DNA from: Pocillopora damicornis
Taxonomy: Eukaryota
Direction: 5' to 3'
NCBI RefSeq assembly: GCF_003704095.1
Contig: NW_020846941.1
Coordinates: 496,001 to 560,000 of the forward strand
DNA length: 64,000 nt
This document shows, in pieces, positions 39,301 through 50,606 of the stretch. The position numbers and the translations under genes are program-made. Numbering within the stretch: the stretch's first letter is position 1; each line of letters opens with the position of its first letter. Under the pieces are notes generated by a model that worked only from the letters and a program-made list of their open reading frames with translations, was not told the origin of the DNA and ran no database searches.

Positions 39301-42107
39301 AAGTTATCAGTCTTATCCTGTTTATAATTGCAAACACTGGACTCAAAGTCACAATTTTGTGCAGAGGTTCCTTTAAGGAAGAAGAAAAAAGGAAACCATT
39401 TTTAAAGGTGTTCTGAATGAGCAAAGAACTTTATTTGCATGTCTGATAATGGTGATCAAAATCAACAAACTAGACATTAGGCACAATTTTTGCACAATGA
39501 TTAAAGGCTAGCTGACATATAGGTTTCTTTCTTTGCATAAGTTGGCATGATAGGTAGGCTGGTCCTCACTCAAGAGTAATCACATTGTCATCTCTCTTTC
39601 CTAACCTGAAACATCTCCACTGTTCCAACTTTTTTTGCAATTGATCTTTTCATTATTTTGTGTTTACAAACAAATAACCTAGCATTTGGATAACACACAA
39701 GCCATAATGCCTGGCTTTGTTTCACCAGATAGCAATATTTGGTTGCTAGTAGTTGATTTGAAGAGATGTTACAAAAACCTAGCAAAGGAGTTTTGCCCTA
39801 ATGCTTCTTTGGAAGATGAGCTGAGAAACTCATTTTGAGACAAGGAAGCAAGTTCACTCCAGAAATATTTTCAGAGTTTACAAGACTAATGAGCTATTTC
39901 TGAATTTTTCTTAAGTTATTTCAAGTCAGATCATGACCTACAGATAAATTAATTCAAAATGTTTTGAACATGCATATTCTTGGAAACAATGTCAACACTT
40001 GCGGTTACATATAAATTAAGCACGTTTATTATATTGGTGCCAGCGCCCGTGGGCAAGATGAAGCAAAACTAATGTTCGCATTAACTACGCAAGTAAGAAA
40101 ATGCTTGGAGCGGACTTACAAAGTCCACAACTTTTGGTCAATGTCGGCGATGCAGTCGCAAAAAGCGGCAGAAGACAGTTAAGATAAAGAAAAAATAAAC
40201 GACTTTCTGAGGGTTTATTGTGCTGCAAACACAGTAGGCTTTGTTTCCTAGCTCTGGAAATCGACCAGTCATTCTTGATTCGTATTAGAGCGAATTTATT
40301 TGGTATATAGTAAATCCTTTACTGACAAAGCTTGTTCGGTCAAGATGGCTAGATAGCAGCCTGATCATTCTTTTTCTACGGTTTTTGGACCTTGACTTCG
40401 TCTCGGTCCATAAAAACGCCAAAATAAATTCCGCCAGTATCAAGCCATCTTGACCTCACGCTTGATCAGTAACGAATATGTATTTCAGGCATTAACCCGC
40501 GTCTTGTTTCACCAATTCTTGAGGAACGCATTCTTTATATGTAAGCAGCACGTTAATGAAGAGGAACTTGGCTCGTTAGGAAAACGTAGCTCATTCACAA
40601 ATAAACAACGAGTGCGTTCTGGAGATAACAAAAACCGCACGCACACCAGCGTTACACAGCCAATGAATTCTTGTCACGGTAACTGACTATTACTTTCAGT
40701 TCGATTTGTATCTTTCCAATTGGACGAAAAGCCACACACAAAAAAAACATGCAGGTAATCCAACCTAAGAACTCTGCGTTATCCTAAAGCGATTTTCAAC
40801 ACTTATCTAGAGCCTGAACCCGATCAAAGTAACCAGAAATTACCGAACAGGAACGATTGGGTTAACTCCTAATCAAAATTTTCATCCGCTTTAGATCAGC
40901 AATGAAGCTAAATGGAAATAACAAAGCCAGTTCCACTTGACTGTGTCACACAAGACCTTCTAACTATTAAGCTTACCGTCCTACTGAAGATATTTAAATG
41001 CGAAATTACTCCTTGAATACATTTTGGATCAAAGTGAAACTCGATTTGCGATCTGTACAGCTGTTTAACAAAACTCCCTACCCTCCCCCAGTAGAGCACA
41101 TTCTCAAGCTGACTTCTATAGTTTGGGCGTGTTAGAGTTTGTTTTTCAAACACAACTCAGAAACTAGGAAAAAACTAAAAGAAACTTAATAATCCCTTCT
41201 TCTTAGTGAGATAAAAGCATATACAGATAACCTTTCGAACAATTCCAATTACTTATTTTGTTAGGGACCCTTTATGTATACCATTCGTAAGTTACTCGCT
41301 CGCAAAGAAAGCCTTTTGGAGCCGCTATTAAAGAAACAGTTTACATAAACGAGATACATTTACTTAAAAATAATCTCGTTGCGATTAATTTCACCCAAAT
41401 AAGCAGTATTGTTTGTTTTCCGTTTGCCGACATTGTGTCAGACTCTGTGGGCTGTTTGACCTTAGGGGAAAAGTAGCAATGTGCTCGCGTAATTTGATTA
41501 CCAACTTGTGTCTTTGTCGAAGTCTTTATTGAAAAAGAAGGAAAATTTTCGCTATGTTCACCTATAAACAAAACGGGTAAAGGTGGTAGGATTATAGGCC
41601 GTTAAATTTGAGCATGACAAATTCAAAGGAACATCCGACAGTATACTTGAAAACTGTGTAAGCTCGTACCATGCACGGAAAAGTTTTCAACTATCTTTGA
41701 ACCGAAGAAAGCTTGTCGCGTTTCAAGATTAACTGGTTAAGCGAACGATCTGTTTTTTCCTGTCTTAACTTGTCTCTATAATACTTTCGAATTCTTAGCA
41801 ATATTTTCGGCGTTATTTAAATAGATACTGATTTCAGTTAAATTGGTATTGATGTTGAAGTAGCTTGATAACAAAATTGTTTAAATGAAATTATTCCGAT
41901 GATAAATTTTTAAAAAGCGCCGCGCCGACCGTTGTTCCAGTTCCTTATCGAACCATGGACATTTTACATACGTAGCTAATCGATTTTCCTATGTGTAAAA
42001 CCAATTCCTCAAAATGTCCTTCCTAACTCAAAGAAAAAATAGATTTACTGTAGTTACTCACCTGATACGCACAACACAATGACCACGAGCAGAGTAGCTC
42101 GTTGCAT
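228..42107 (-). CDS. Giant secreted MAM-domain repeat protein (24 MAM + FN2 + WSC-like + ricin-B + trefoil), related to coral 'MAM and LDL-receptor class A domain-containing' proteins; 3'-partial, continues beyond position 1
   Basis: 60 GT-AG exons with mutually consistent phases, 5'->3': 42062-42107, 39221-39370, 38458-38622, 37939-38241, 37065-37321, 36495-36585, 35723-35863, 34907-35169, 33993-34083, 33562-33696, 33147-33403, 32202-32367, 31534-31677, 31062-31330, 30711-30804, 29412-29552, 28521-28865, 26870-28009, 25764-26276, 25171-25427, 24452-24674, 23720-23997, 22915-23215, 22167-22435, 21422-21564, 20831-21158, 20310-20571, 19347-19606, 18622-18790, 17943-18349, 17518-17749, 16664-16920, 16117-16207, 15403-15549, 14642-14907, 13831-14077, 12841-13115, 12402-12492, 11971-12117, 11356-11615, 10946-11171, 10495-10760, 10037-10214, 9295-9441, 8946-9109, 8409-8513, 8086-8176, 7401-7556, 6714-6976, 6196-6286, 5956-6096, 5152-5420, 4545-4827, 3863-4046, 2997-3304, 2603-2868, 1983-2073, 1067-1228, 639-841, 228-535. 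Sum 13,523 nt, about 4,507 codons. MAM motifs recur throughout: CxFE..C.W, DxFDW, TGP..DHT, YMYIETS, C..FWYHMYG, FEG.RG...GDIAIDD. No LDLa domain seen inside the window. Confidence 0.93.
1467..1630. repeat. About 80-bp tandem duplication
   Basis: AGGTATGAAT.AATAAAAGA.GGTGGCT...GACTGAAAT...TAGTTATGA occurs twice. Confidence 0.8.
5445..5740 (-). mobile_element. Degenerate tRNA-derived SINE relic (second relic at about 22665-22845)
   Basis: Blocks CCTGGTTTCTATAGTATCAAGCGACTA, GGATGTGATGCTAGTCAATCGCAG and ATTTACATTCCTGAATGGAGAG resemble, from memory, the antisense of a common cnidarian SINE. Similar blocks recur near 22.7 kb. Confidence 0.5.
13200..13660 (-). mobile_element. L2/CR1-clade LINE 3' fragment in a MAM gene intron
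   Basis: Minus frame [30 protein letters not shown]...[18 protein letters not shown]....SLAIFKKQL is the RT C-terminal tail. It is followed by AGCGCTATATAAAT and an (ATT/ATC)n tail. Confidence 0.85.
14140..14333. mobile_element. TTAA-flanked CCCTTT MITE (piggyBac-like ends)
   Basis: TTAACCCTTTACACCCTAA...TTAGGGGTCATAGAGTTAA. Related copies at about 21830-22030, 29710-29885, 29975-30165, 34581-34798, 57811-58218 and 63333-63420. Confidence 0.7.
19622..19751. repeat. 45-bp tandem repeat x3 abutting a splice acceptor
   Basis: Unit AAACAAGCTGCATCAGCATTTCTGTTTGTAGGATGCAGCTAAAAT; each unit carries the internal inverted repeat AGCTGCATC/GATGCAGCT. Confidence 0.9.
26870..27275 (-). CDS. Ricin-B (beta-trefoil) lectin-like domain inserted within MAM7
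   Basis: Three subrepeats, each with a Cys pair and a QxW-like end: [17 protein letters not shown]; [17 protein letters not shown]; [17 protein letters not shown]. It lies between DHT and the (T)RGWYVYIE strand of the same MAM domain. Confidence 0.8.
30176..30450. repeat. About 141-bp tandem duplication
   Basis: AGGGCTGTTTCAT...CTTATTTTGTC starts at both 30176 and 30317. Confidence 0.9.
34581..34798. mobile_element. TTAA-flanked MITE copy
   Basis: TTAACACTTTCACTCCCAGA...TCTTGGGAGTTGAAAGGTTAA; the internal sequence is similar to 57811-58010. Confidence 0.7.
36985..37050. repeat. 15-bp minisatellite (GCCAATGTTATGAAA) x4.4
   Basis: Perfect copies directly visible, inside an intron. Confidence 0.95.
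37824..37833. other. Assembly gap (10 N)
   Basis: A run of N in the intron between the WSC-like exon and the continuation of MAM1. Confidence 0.99.
37939..38241 (-). CDS. WSC-like cysteine-containing domain exon (phase 1-1) inserted within MAM1
   Basis: [13 protein letters not shown]...[11 protein letters not shown]...[14 protein letters not shown]...[29 protein letters not shown]. The pattern LGCY...C..A...G.....C....Y..HG.S..C...G.G......VF resembles WSC-like modules. 303 nt, open frame, canonical splice sites. Confidence 0.65.
38458..38622 (-). CDS. Fibronectin type II domain exon (phase 1-1) inserted within MAM1
   Basis: Manual translation [55 protein letters not shown] matches the FN2 consensus (GGN..G..C.FPF.Y....Y..CT......WCATT..Y..D.KWG.C). 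Not listed in the supplied ORF track. Confidence 0.9.
40339..40455. repeat. Degenerate palindromic repeat (part of an element at about 40030-40480)
   Basis: GGTCAAGATGGCT ... AGCCATCTTGACC arms with inner TTTTTGGACC/GGTCCATAAAAA and apex CTTGACTTCGTCTCG. Confidence 0.7.
42062..42107 (-). CDS. First coding exon of the MAM gene: signal peptide [15 protein letters not shown](G)
   Basis: AAAATG start context, hydrophobic core, G|GTGAGT phase-1 donor joining in frame to [10 protein letters not shown] at 39370. An acceptor at 42202-42204 implies a further upstream 5'UTR exon. Confidence 0.8.
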
Positions 42108-45100
42108 TTTTGGAGAGCTCTAGGATGTTCGCCGATAATCCTCAACTTCCTCAAAGAATTGCAGCTTTTCCTAACAAATCAAAACGCTCAAGATTCCAGA
42201 CCTACGAAAAGAATGTTCACAGTTAGCCAACATTTCCGTGGTAATGAAAGATGTGACAATATTAGCTTTATTATTCTTGAAAATATATTGAACGGAGCAA
42301 AAATAGACAACATGTGAACAACATTGGAAAACAGTACATTTGTGTATGGCACATGAAGTACCGAGCTCTGAGGGGGGCATTGGATTTTCAAGTGAGTCCT
42401 GAGTTCAGTATTTCCATCAAAAAATTCCGACGTAAATATTCAGCGAGATCTGAGATAGAGAAGTTAACTAATGACTGTGTGTTTCTACAAAATATTGAAG
42501 CAAGCTTGTCTGTATTGTAATCTTGATCATTTGAAAAGGGTTTATGGGTATTACATAAGCACCTATATAGGGCCACGCGATAAGAAACCAGTATTATTTT
42601 AAATATTGCTGAGCAGAATAAAGAGAACTTAGCCAAAAATAAGCAGCTTTTTTATTTTGATGACATACACAAAGTAATATCGATATTGTTGAGCTAAGGC
42701 AATAGTGGTTCTGAGAGAAAAAGTTTAGCGGAGCGCTGCGCTGCAATACGGAGCGAGGAGCAGACCTTTATACGGTACCAGGGGCAAGCTGGCGCGAAAA
42801 AAACAGATCAGCGACACGCTTTCTTTTCGAAGTCTGACACTTAAAACGGCACCCTTTCCGAGGTATATACATATTTCTACAGTTCACTCGGCAGTTTGAA
42901 TCTATTTTATGCTCGTTAGAAGGAATTATCGAAGAGCGCAGTAACTAGGTCGCATTATCACACTTCCTCGAGATCTAATGTTGTGTTACGGATTAGCGCT
43001 GGAGCCCCAATAATATCTGCATAAACTGAACAACAGAGCAAACATATGAAACATGACAGCGACCAGTAGCCTAGCCATTCCGTAATTGAACGTGTGCGCA
43101 GAGATATACGAAAATTTTGTAAAGTTAGCACGATTGGAACGTTATTTGACGCTACCGCAACCTTCCCACCAACAGTATTATAAATTCGACCATCATCAAT
43201 CGCGTCACCCAAGCGAATCACAAAGCGCGCAGTTGTTAAGCAAAGACGAATGAAAAAATGACACCTGAAAGTCCTACCTTCGTGATGTCCACAAGTCTTA
43301 TTTGACTGTGCTACATGAACCACATGAAGGATTTCTTGTGTCAGCAGCAGGAGATGAGGGATATTTCAATCCCTTCCTTAGAGCAACGAGAGGCTGGTAC
43401 GGAAGTCCTTTGAAACATCTCCAGACATTTAGTGACCGCAGATTACAATAGACGCCAATCATTCAATTAGTGAAATATTGAGCCAATCATATTAAATGAG
43501 AGGAGGTGCTGAAATTTTCTGTGTAAGGGAAGATGTGTTTTCATGTCACCTACTTCGCGGTTTACAGAGCCAGAATCTTTACGATCCACTCATTTCCTCA
43601 TAAACCGGTTTAACTATTATTCTGCTTCTTATGGGAGGTTAAGAAACTTTTTTGTTTTTGTATATCTTGATTATTCAAAACAGACCGAATTCGATGCAGT
43701 TATGTATACACAAATGTCAAATAGCCTAATTTAATTCCATGGCTTGTAAGAGGCTCGATTTCCCAGAACAAGATAAGTTAAACTGGATCGTAATTAACAA
43801 GAGGAATGAGCGCGATTCGTTAGCATACTATTGATCGAATCTGTTAAGGTTAAAAGCTCAATGTAAATACGATCCACAACTGTTTGAAAGCTTCGATAAC
43901 ATTAATTCACGTGGGGGCGGCGTGGGGTTAAAGAAATGTGAGAACGAGAAAATTGGGAACTCAGATGACGGCAGCAAAAATGTAGAGAAGCAGCGAGGGG
44001 TCGGGAATGCCGTACACATCGAAGACACGTTGTCCCTCCTTAGGACTATTAAAACCCTTTGCATGGGCCAGAAGCAATAAGCATATCAAATATTTGGCGG
44101 TGCTTGCTGCCAATGCGATTTTTTTCTTCATTTTCCTTAGTTCTTAGTCAGTGCAAAGGCAAATCCTGACTGTAAAAAGGAATTTTGATTTAAGTTCTTG
44201 TTTGGGTTCTCTTTCAAATAAAGTATTTTTGTTATAAACTAATTTCTTTCAACTCTACGACTGAATTGGAAATGAGAAAAATTTTTTTAGAGCCAAGAAA
44301 ATCACCCATAAACAGTCAGAAAAAGTTACGGGCACCTCCGAGAAGTTTTAGAAACGCATTTCTACTCATACTTTCGGTGTCTACCATGAACTTGTTTCAT
44401 TTTCTAACGAGCAAGCAGCGAAATAAGGCCGCGACCTGTCTCAACATGTTAACTTTTACGGTCTTTGTTGCTGAGAGTTAAATTGAATTATGAAGTCTAC
44501 TCACGTAGCTGAATCAATAAGGAAACAGGGAAACTAGATAGCTCTAATGGGCACGACAAACTAAGCATTACGTGGAGAACATTCCATATTTCCGTAGCAA
44601 CGCGAGAGACCCTTGGAATTCTGAAGACGCAGGCACTTTTTGAGGAGATGTCGTCATGTTTCTTCAGTGTGCGATCTCGAAGGTTGTTCTGCATTTTTTT
44701 GTCAGTTTTTTTGAAGTGTGGCTGTCTGCGATTGGTGAGAGGTCGCGGTTATACGGTCCTGCACATTAAATCACAATAACTGTCCACTAGATTTCACATT
44801 CTTATATAAAAATATTTCTCAGCGACATGTAGCAAGAGAAAAGAGAGAATGAACATGTTGGTTGTGGAATCATTCTTCATTGTCACTGTTATTGTCAACG
44901 TCCTCATCAGTTGTCATTGCAACTGTCAATCGTCAATGTCATTAACGTTGTCATCGTCATTGTCACTACTGTTGTAATTGTATCTGGGAATCGTTTTATT
45001 GTTAATTCGCCATAAATACGGAAAATTTCTTGTAAAATGGTCCAACTTTACACTAGGCCAGAATCAGTAATCATAAAAGCTGCGTTGTATGGTCAGCTGA

Positions 45101-45394
45101 ACTTCTTCTCTGCTTTTCGAGCCATAACGTGACGAAGCACAAAGAATGAGGAAGTCATAAACTGAAAACCGATAACCTGATTTCGGTTTCATTAATTCGA
45201 TGATCGGAGATCACGAAATATCAGAAAGATGATAGCCTCCGCTGCAGCCGTTAATATTGGTCTCGTCACGTGAAGCGCTACTTTCTTTGTTCTAGTCCCT
45301 CCCCAAACCAATGACAACTGACCGCAAGATGACGCAATTTGATTATTCCATTTCACTTGTGCCGAGAGATTATCAACTGTTGACATTCTCTAGC

Positions 45395-45740
45395 ACCTGT
45401 ATTAAGTAGAGCCATATTAAGCTGTCACCCTGTATAAAGCGGTCAGCTGTCAAAGTCACGAATTTGTTTCAACTAAATCACTGTAATTTTCACCTCTATA
45501 AAGCGGTCGAGGTCAACGTGACCACTCAAATAAAACTAAGTATAATCTTCCAAGTAGTTTTTTATCTATGTTTTTCTCCCAAAATGAAAGTAACTTACAT
45601 TTTGAGCGAGATTCTGTACAAGACCTGGTCAATTATGGTATAAAGTGGCGTTGTTTATCGTTTTCTCTTTAATAATACCCCCAATCTGTGGAACCTGTAT
45701 TAAGTGGTCAACCTGTATGAAGCGGTAACCCCGCCATTCC
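45395..45740. repeat. Clustered CCTGTATTAAGCGGTCA-type motifs, probable DNA-transposon terminal repeat relics
   Basis: At least five variants of (A)CCTGTAT(T/A/G)AAG(C/T)GGT within about 350 bp, including GTGGAACCTGTATTAAGTGGTCA. Confidence 0.45.
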
Positions 45741-46883
45741 CCGAGCGCATAGAGACGATGGGACATATGTCCCACCGAGAATTGAGCTATCACTAATTCA
45801 AGGTCTAAAACGGCCCTTTTTGACCTTTTTGGCTTTACAGAGACATAACGATCTCAGTTTTTCGACTGCAATCTCGGTTACCGGGCTAAGAATTTCCCCA
45901 AGACCTGCACCTCAGCTTGCTTTCCAAAACAATCATGAAAATTAGGACGCTGCGACTTGTACGTCGATCCCCGTAACGAGCTGGAATCTTCCACAAATCA
46001 AGCTAAAACTTTTTTATGTGACAAGAAGACAACAATTCTTCCCGTTTATTCAGGTAAAAGGGCTACATAACTCTCGTGACCTCACACTACTACAACGTGA
46101 TATCCCTCGAAATGCGTTCACGTTTTAATGTCGAAACAGCTTTTAAAAAGCTTTTCAAATCCGTGGTTGTACGTGTGCCCGGCATCAGCTTCCTATTTCA
46201 CGCAAGGAAGTGGCTAGATGAAGATGGTACATTTTCTCACGCGCTTACGAGAAAGGCCAACTAAGCCTTCCAAAACTTCTGCGCATGTGAAATTTATGGA
46301 TAATGGTATTTCCTAAAGCTCATATGTCGCCAAGCATGTCGTTTTCAGTAAATAAGCGCTATTGACCAGTCGTGATAGCTGGATCTGGTCAATTTTAACG
46401 TCTGAGACGAATTCCTCAACAACAATACATTCATCGAAGCCTCACGCAACCCGCAATTAGTAATGGCTATTTATATACTAAAAAGGAAATATAGGAGGAA
46501 AATTGACCTGTTCCTGTATTGCTGAGAGGGGTTCATACATCCAGGAGATAATGATAGGATTACGGAAGTACTTCAGCTATTAAACCCCAAGAGTAGGGTC
46601 TGCTCCTACGTAGGTTGGATTTTGGGTAATGATATTGTCGCGCAAATGTTGTTATTTTACAAAGGTTGAAAAGAAAAAAGATGAAAATGAAGAAAATCAT
46701 ATCGTGATCTCATTTCTGCTACAAGAGCAGTGACAAGGGAACCTGGGATGTTCTTCGTTTCTTTCCCAGACACACGACAAAAACGAGAAAAACATTCGTG
46801 ATTTGAAAATCAACTTCTCAAAACTTACGATCCTTTTTATTCTATTGACACGCTCGACGTTTTCAACATTGCAGATCATAAAA

Positions 46884-47030
46884 GCATCGGAGCGCGAAAG
46901 CCACAGATCTAAATATCAATTCCTCTTTGGAGACTAGAATTTTACCTTTGTCCAGTGCCCATGACAATATCGAGAATATTTCTTTATTCATAAACCGAGC
47001 TCAAAAATTACCATTTTTCTTATTCTAGCT
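46884..47030 (+). mobile_element. Degenerate tRNA-related short interspersed repeat (second relic at about 48795-48950)
   Basis: AGCATCGGAGCGCG...TTCCTC...AGAATTTT..CTTTGTCC...CCGAGCTCAAAA.TTACCAT. The CTTTGTCC...TTAC(A)CCAT blocks are shared with the 48.8-kb copy. Confidence 0.45.
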
Positions 47031-47565
47031 TACCAAGAGATTATAATCTGTTGATTTTACCTTGCAATGGACCTTCGTGAAGATCAACCAAGACAAAGTC
47101 TGAAATATAAACAGTTTCTGAGCAAAAGAACTTCAGAGATACGGGTAGTTTCTCCTTTCATATCCAAAATAAACATTTTTTAGTGTACCGGTCGAGTCCA
47201 AATTTAACACATGAATCAGGAAGCCGGCATGAAAAGTTTTGTAGTCAAGAACTCGATCGATATTAAGCCAAAGACCGCAGTTGAAAATGCGATCATCATG
47301 CATCGCACAGACAAATCGAATCAGTCGACGGATGAAGATTGGCTCATCGTTGGAGAGATTACGGTCTTAGAGACTTTTATGGCACAGAAGAAGATTTAGG
47401 GAACGCTTACCGCGGATTTGGTGCGACTTCCGCAATTAAAGAAGCCGAAGAGAACCGTTAAGTGTTCACTCCTGAACCATGTGGAACGTTTGATGGGCAT
47501 GTCATTTCATTCAGCTTAGGAGCAGAATGTGCGATCTTTCAGACATGATTTCCTATCGGACCGAA

Positions 47566-47962
47566 AACCGAAAGTCAATACTTGTGTATTTGACATGCTT
47601 TCAACGACTCACAAAACGGCTTAGGTTTACATAAACACTTGAGAAGAGCTAATACAAGAACTCGAAAATGTAAATAGAATCGGAAAGATAGAACGTTTAT
47701 TTTGAATCAAGTATCCTCTCAGCTGACTACAAAAGATATCTAAGGCTGCGACTCGATTTCACTCTGGAGCGTAAACCAAAAGTCAATACTTGTGTATTTA
47801 ACATGCTCTCAGCGACTTAGAAAACGACTTAGGCCTTTCGTTAATACTTGACAAGAGCTGCTTTAATTAAGAACTTGCAAATGTAAATAGAACTAGTAAG
47901 ATAACAGGTTTATTTCGAATCAAGAATCTTCACAAATGATCACAAAAGACATCTAAGGTTGC
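47566..47962. repeat. About 205-bp tandem duplication
   Basis: AAAGTCAATACTTGTGTATTT...ATCTAAGG.TGCG occurs twice. Confidence 0.85.
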
Positions 47963-50606
47963 GGTGATTTTGGCAAAATATGTCACAACTATTCGTGTTT
48001 GGCTCGAAATTATGCTTGTGCCTTGAGGCTTGCCCCACTTAGGGAGCAGGATGTAGTTGGCACCTTTATCAATCTTCCTATCGTAGAAAATACCTTCTCA
48101 AAGCGGAGAGTGCTGTATGAATACTCGAAATAACGGAAACCCAAGTGTTTTTCCCGTCCATTTTTTTAACTTTTGCTTTAGATTTAACAAAACGTCAACG
48201 TACTTTTCAAGCGACTAAGTTTCTTTGATGATGGTGTTCATGAGCGACCCGGAGATGCAGAAAATACAGATACTATTAACAGATCGCTGTATTAGTTTTA
48301 TTATTCATCTCAAGAGATGAGATTATATCCTCTTGTTTCTATCTGACATCGAAGAATGGGCAAGCTACGATAATGTGAAAGCAGAGAAGTCAAGTCGAAC
48401 ATCACTGAGTTTTGTTCTTGAAAAGTTGGCTTCTTTCTACCAATCATATCCTATAGCGGTAACACAAAAGAAATTCCATGATGTGCATCCAGTTAGACCA
48501 AGTGTATCAAGTGCATTTGATATTCAAGTGTATCATTACATAATGACTTTGAGGTCCGATGTAACATCGACTGTGATAGAGCAAATGAATATCGGTATGA
48601 AAAAATAATGCCGTTTGCATTAAATTGCAAGAGACACAGTAATGTTTGAAATTCAGGAGAAACAAAACAATCAAAACTGATCCAGACTAAAAGAACCTCT
48701 TAGACTATATACCCTTGAGGTCACAAAGAAAGCTAGCGTCAGATTCACCATAGTGTCACTGTACTAATAACAACCTATACATTCAACCTTATACGTGGCC
48801 TGACTCACAAATGAGTTCTCTGTAGGTTAACAGTCAGCGCAAAGTCTGACTTTCATATCTCCTCGAAGGGAACCTTTTTCTTTGTCCGACGCCACAGACA
48901 AATAAAAACATCTTCCTTTTACATACCTGTCTGTAGTTACACCATCTGTTTATAATGCTGTCACTTGTTTATTCTCCTACTCAGTACCTCGTGCTTGCTC
49001 TAGAGGGCGTGAAAAATTACCAGTTCCTCATTGACATTGTGCCAAACGCTCATGGAAAATGAAATTACGTATAGGCGTTACCTAAAAGGTGGAAATATAA
49101 TCTGAGCTTTCTTGATCAGTTTCATTTTGCCATTTTGTATCATTTTTTATATTTGGTTATTCATTCTTGGTATCGTGTGATAAATTACCCTTGTCTAGAT
49201 TTCTGTACTGAGAAAATGAAAAAAAAAACCTTTTACTGATTAACTTCTCGATCCCCGGAAGAGGTAAGTATTCTTAGCACGCCTATGGTCGGTCATGTTT
49301 CAGACATAGACAATTACGCTCATGCACGATCGTGTTACAAGAATGGTTTTCTGAGTAGGACAACGTTGATGGTCAGAAGCCATCATCGGCAGATGACAAT
49401 TTACTTTCTTGGGGGGGTGGGGGTGGGAGAGAGGACAGCATAAATTTACGCTGGCAAGTCCAATGCCTTAGGAAGAATTGATTGTTGGGCAATGCGTCAG
49501 ACCAATTGTAGGTCGACAATTGAAGTCATGCAGCCGTAACTTCGTTGCTCATTTTTGTTTCTATATTATTGTACTAGTGTTAAACGTAATTTATAATAAA
49601 GTTCGGATATAACGCGCGCTGTCATTGGTTGAAAGAGCGTGTTCTATGAGAGTATAGAGCATAGAACTGAGCTAAAGCTGTCACGCCATCTGCCAAATTG
49701 TACTAATTTACGTTATTAACACGTGAGCAGATATGAAAATCCTCAAAGGAAAAACAAAATAGACATTCGAGGTTTTAAAGATTGATTCACGCTCAGTTAG
49801 ATTGCAAGCTTACGTACGGAAATAAAAATCAAACACAGCTAACACTCATATAGTATATAAAGTTCAGTGTTCAAAAACAAAACAGAACAAAACAGAAATG
49901 ATGAAAAATATAACCAAACTGGCATAACTGTTAAAATTCATTCTAATCATGACGGTGTCTGAGCGAATATGATCATGCTGAAGTCCATTGCGGCTCGCTC
50001 ATCATGGCGATCTCCGGTCATCACAGCAAGCCTCAGAAACTACATCGGCCGCCCTTCGAGTGAAAAAATAAGAGCTTGCTCTGATATCCTTTCCGATGCG
50101 TTGAGTGGAAAGTCACATCTGTCACTGCAGCCGAGTTTTGCGGCGCTGTCATCCCGAGCGATCTTCATGTTCCGGTGAATTCGGCTGTCGTTCATTCAAA
50201 AAACACTCGCCCTGAACAGTTTGTTTTCTACCTTGTCATGTGAAAGAACTCGCGTGTTTTTATGAGCCATAATTCGGCTGAAGTTCACTGAACATTTCAC
50301 TTCAAGATTCTGTATTAGAGACTTAAAAACTTCAGGCAAAAGTGTTAAATTCGACCTGCCGAACTATTTAGTTTGTAAACTATCGCTTAAGGTGAACTTT
50401 GATGGTTTGACACTTTTGACAGCTTTAGTCTTGTACAGCCAATCAGATTATTTGAACCATTCTAACAGGGATTCTGATTGGCTTATTGTAGCGTGCTTTA
50501 TGAGAGTGTAGAGCATGCTGACGCCACTGTTGTTCGCTTTGGAAATAAAGTTTGTTTTGAAAATTGAAAGTAGTGCTCGGGGAATTTAATGGATTCTTTA
50601 TTATAA

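Noticed and set aside
228-42107. LDL-receptor class A domains, or a MALRD1 gene symbol
   Set aside because: No DCxDxSDE-type motif was seen in the window and orthology cannot be established without a search.
228-42107. Interpretation as a cluster of separate small MAM genes or pseudogenes
   Set aside because: All 60 exon junction phases are compatible with one reading frame and only one signal-peptide exon was found.
42958-43323. 121-aa minus-strand ORF upstream of the MAM gene
   Set aside because: Non-ATG start, no recognisable domain, and no partner exons identified.
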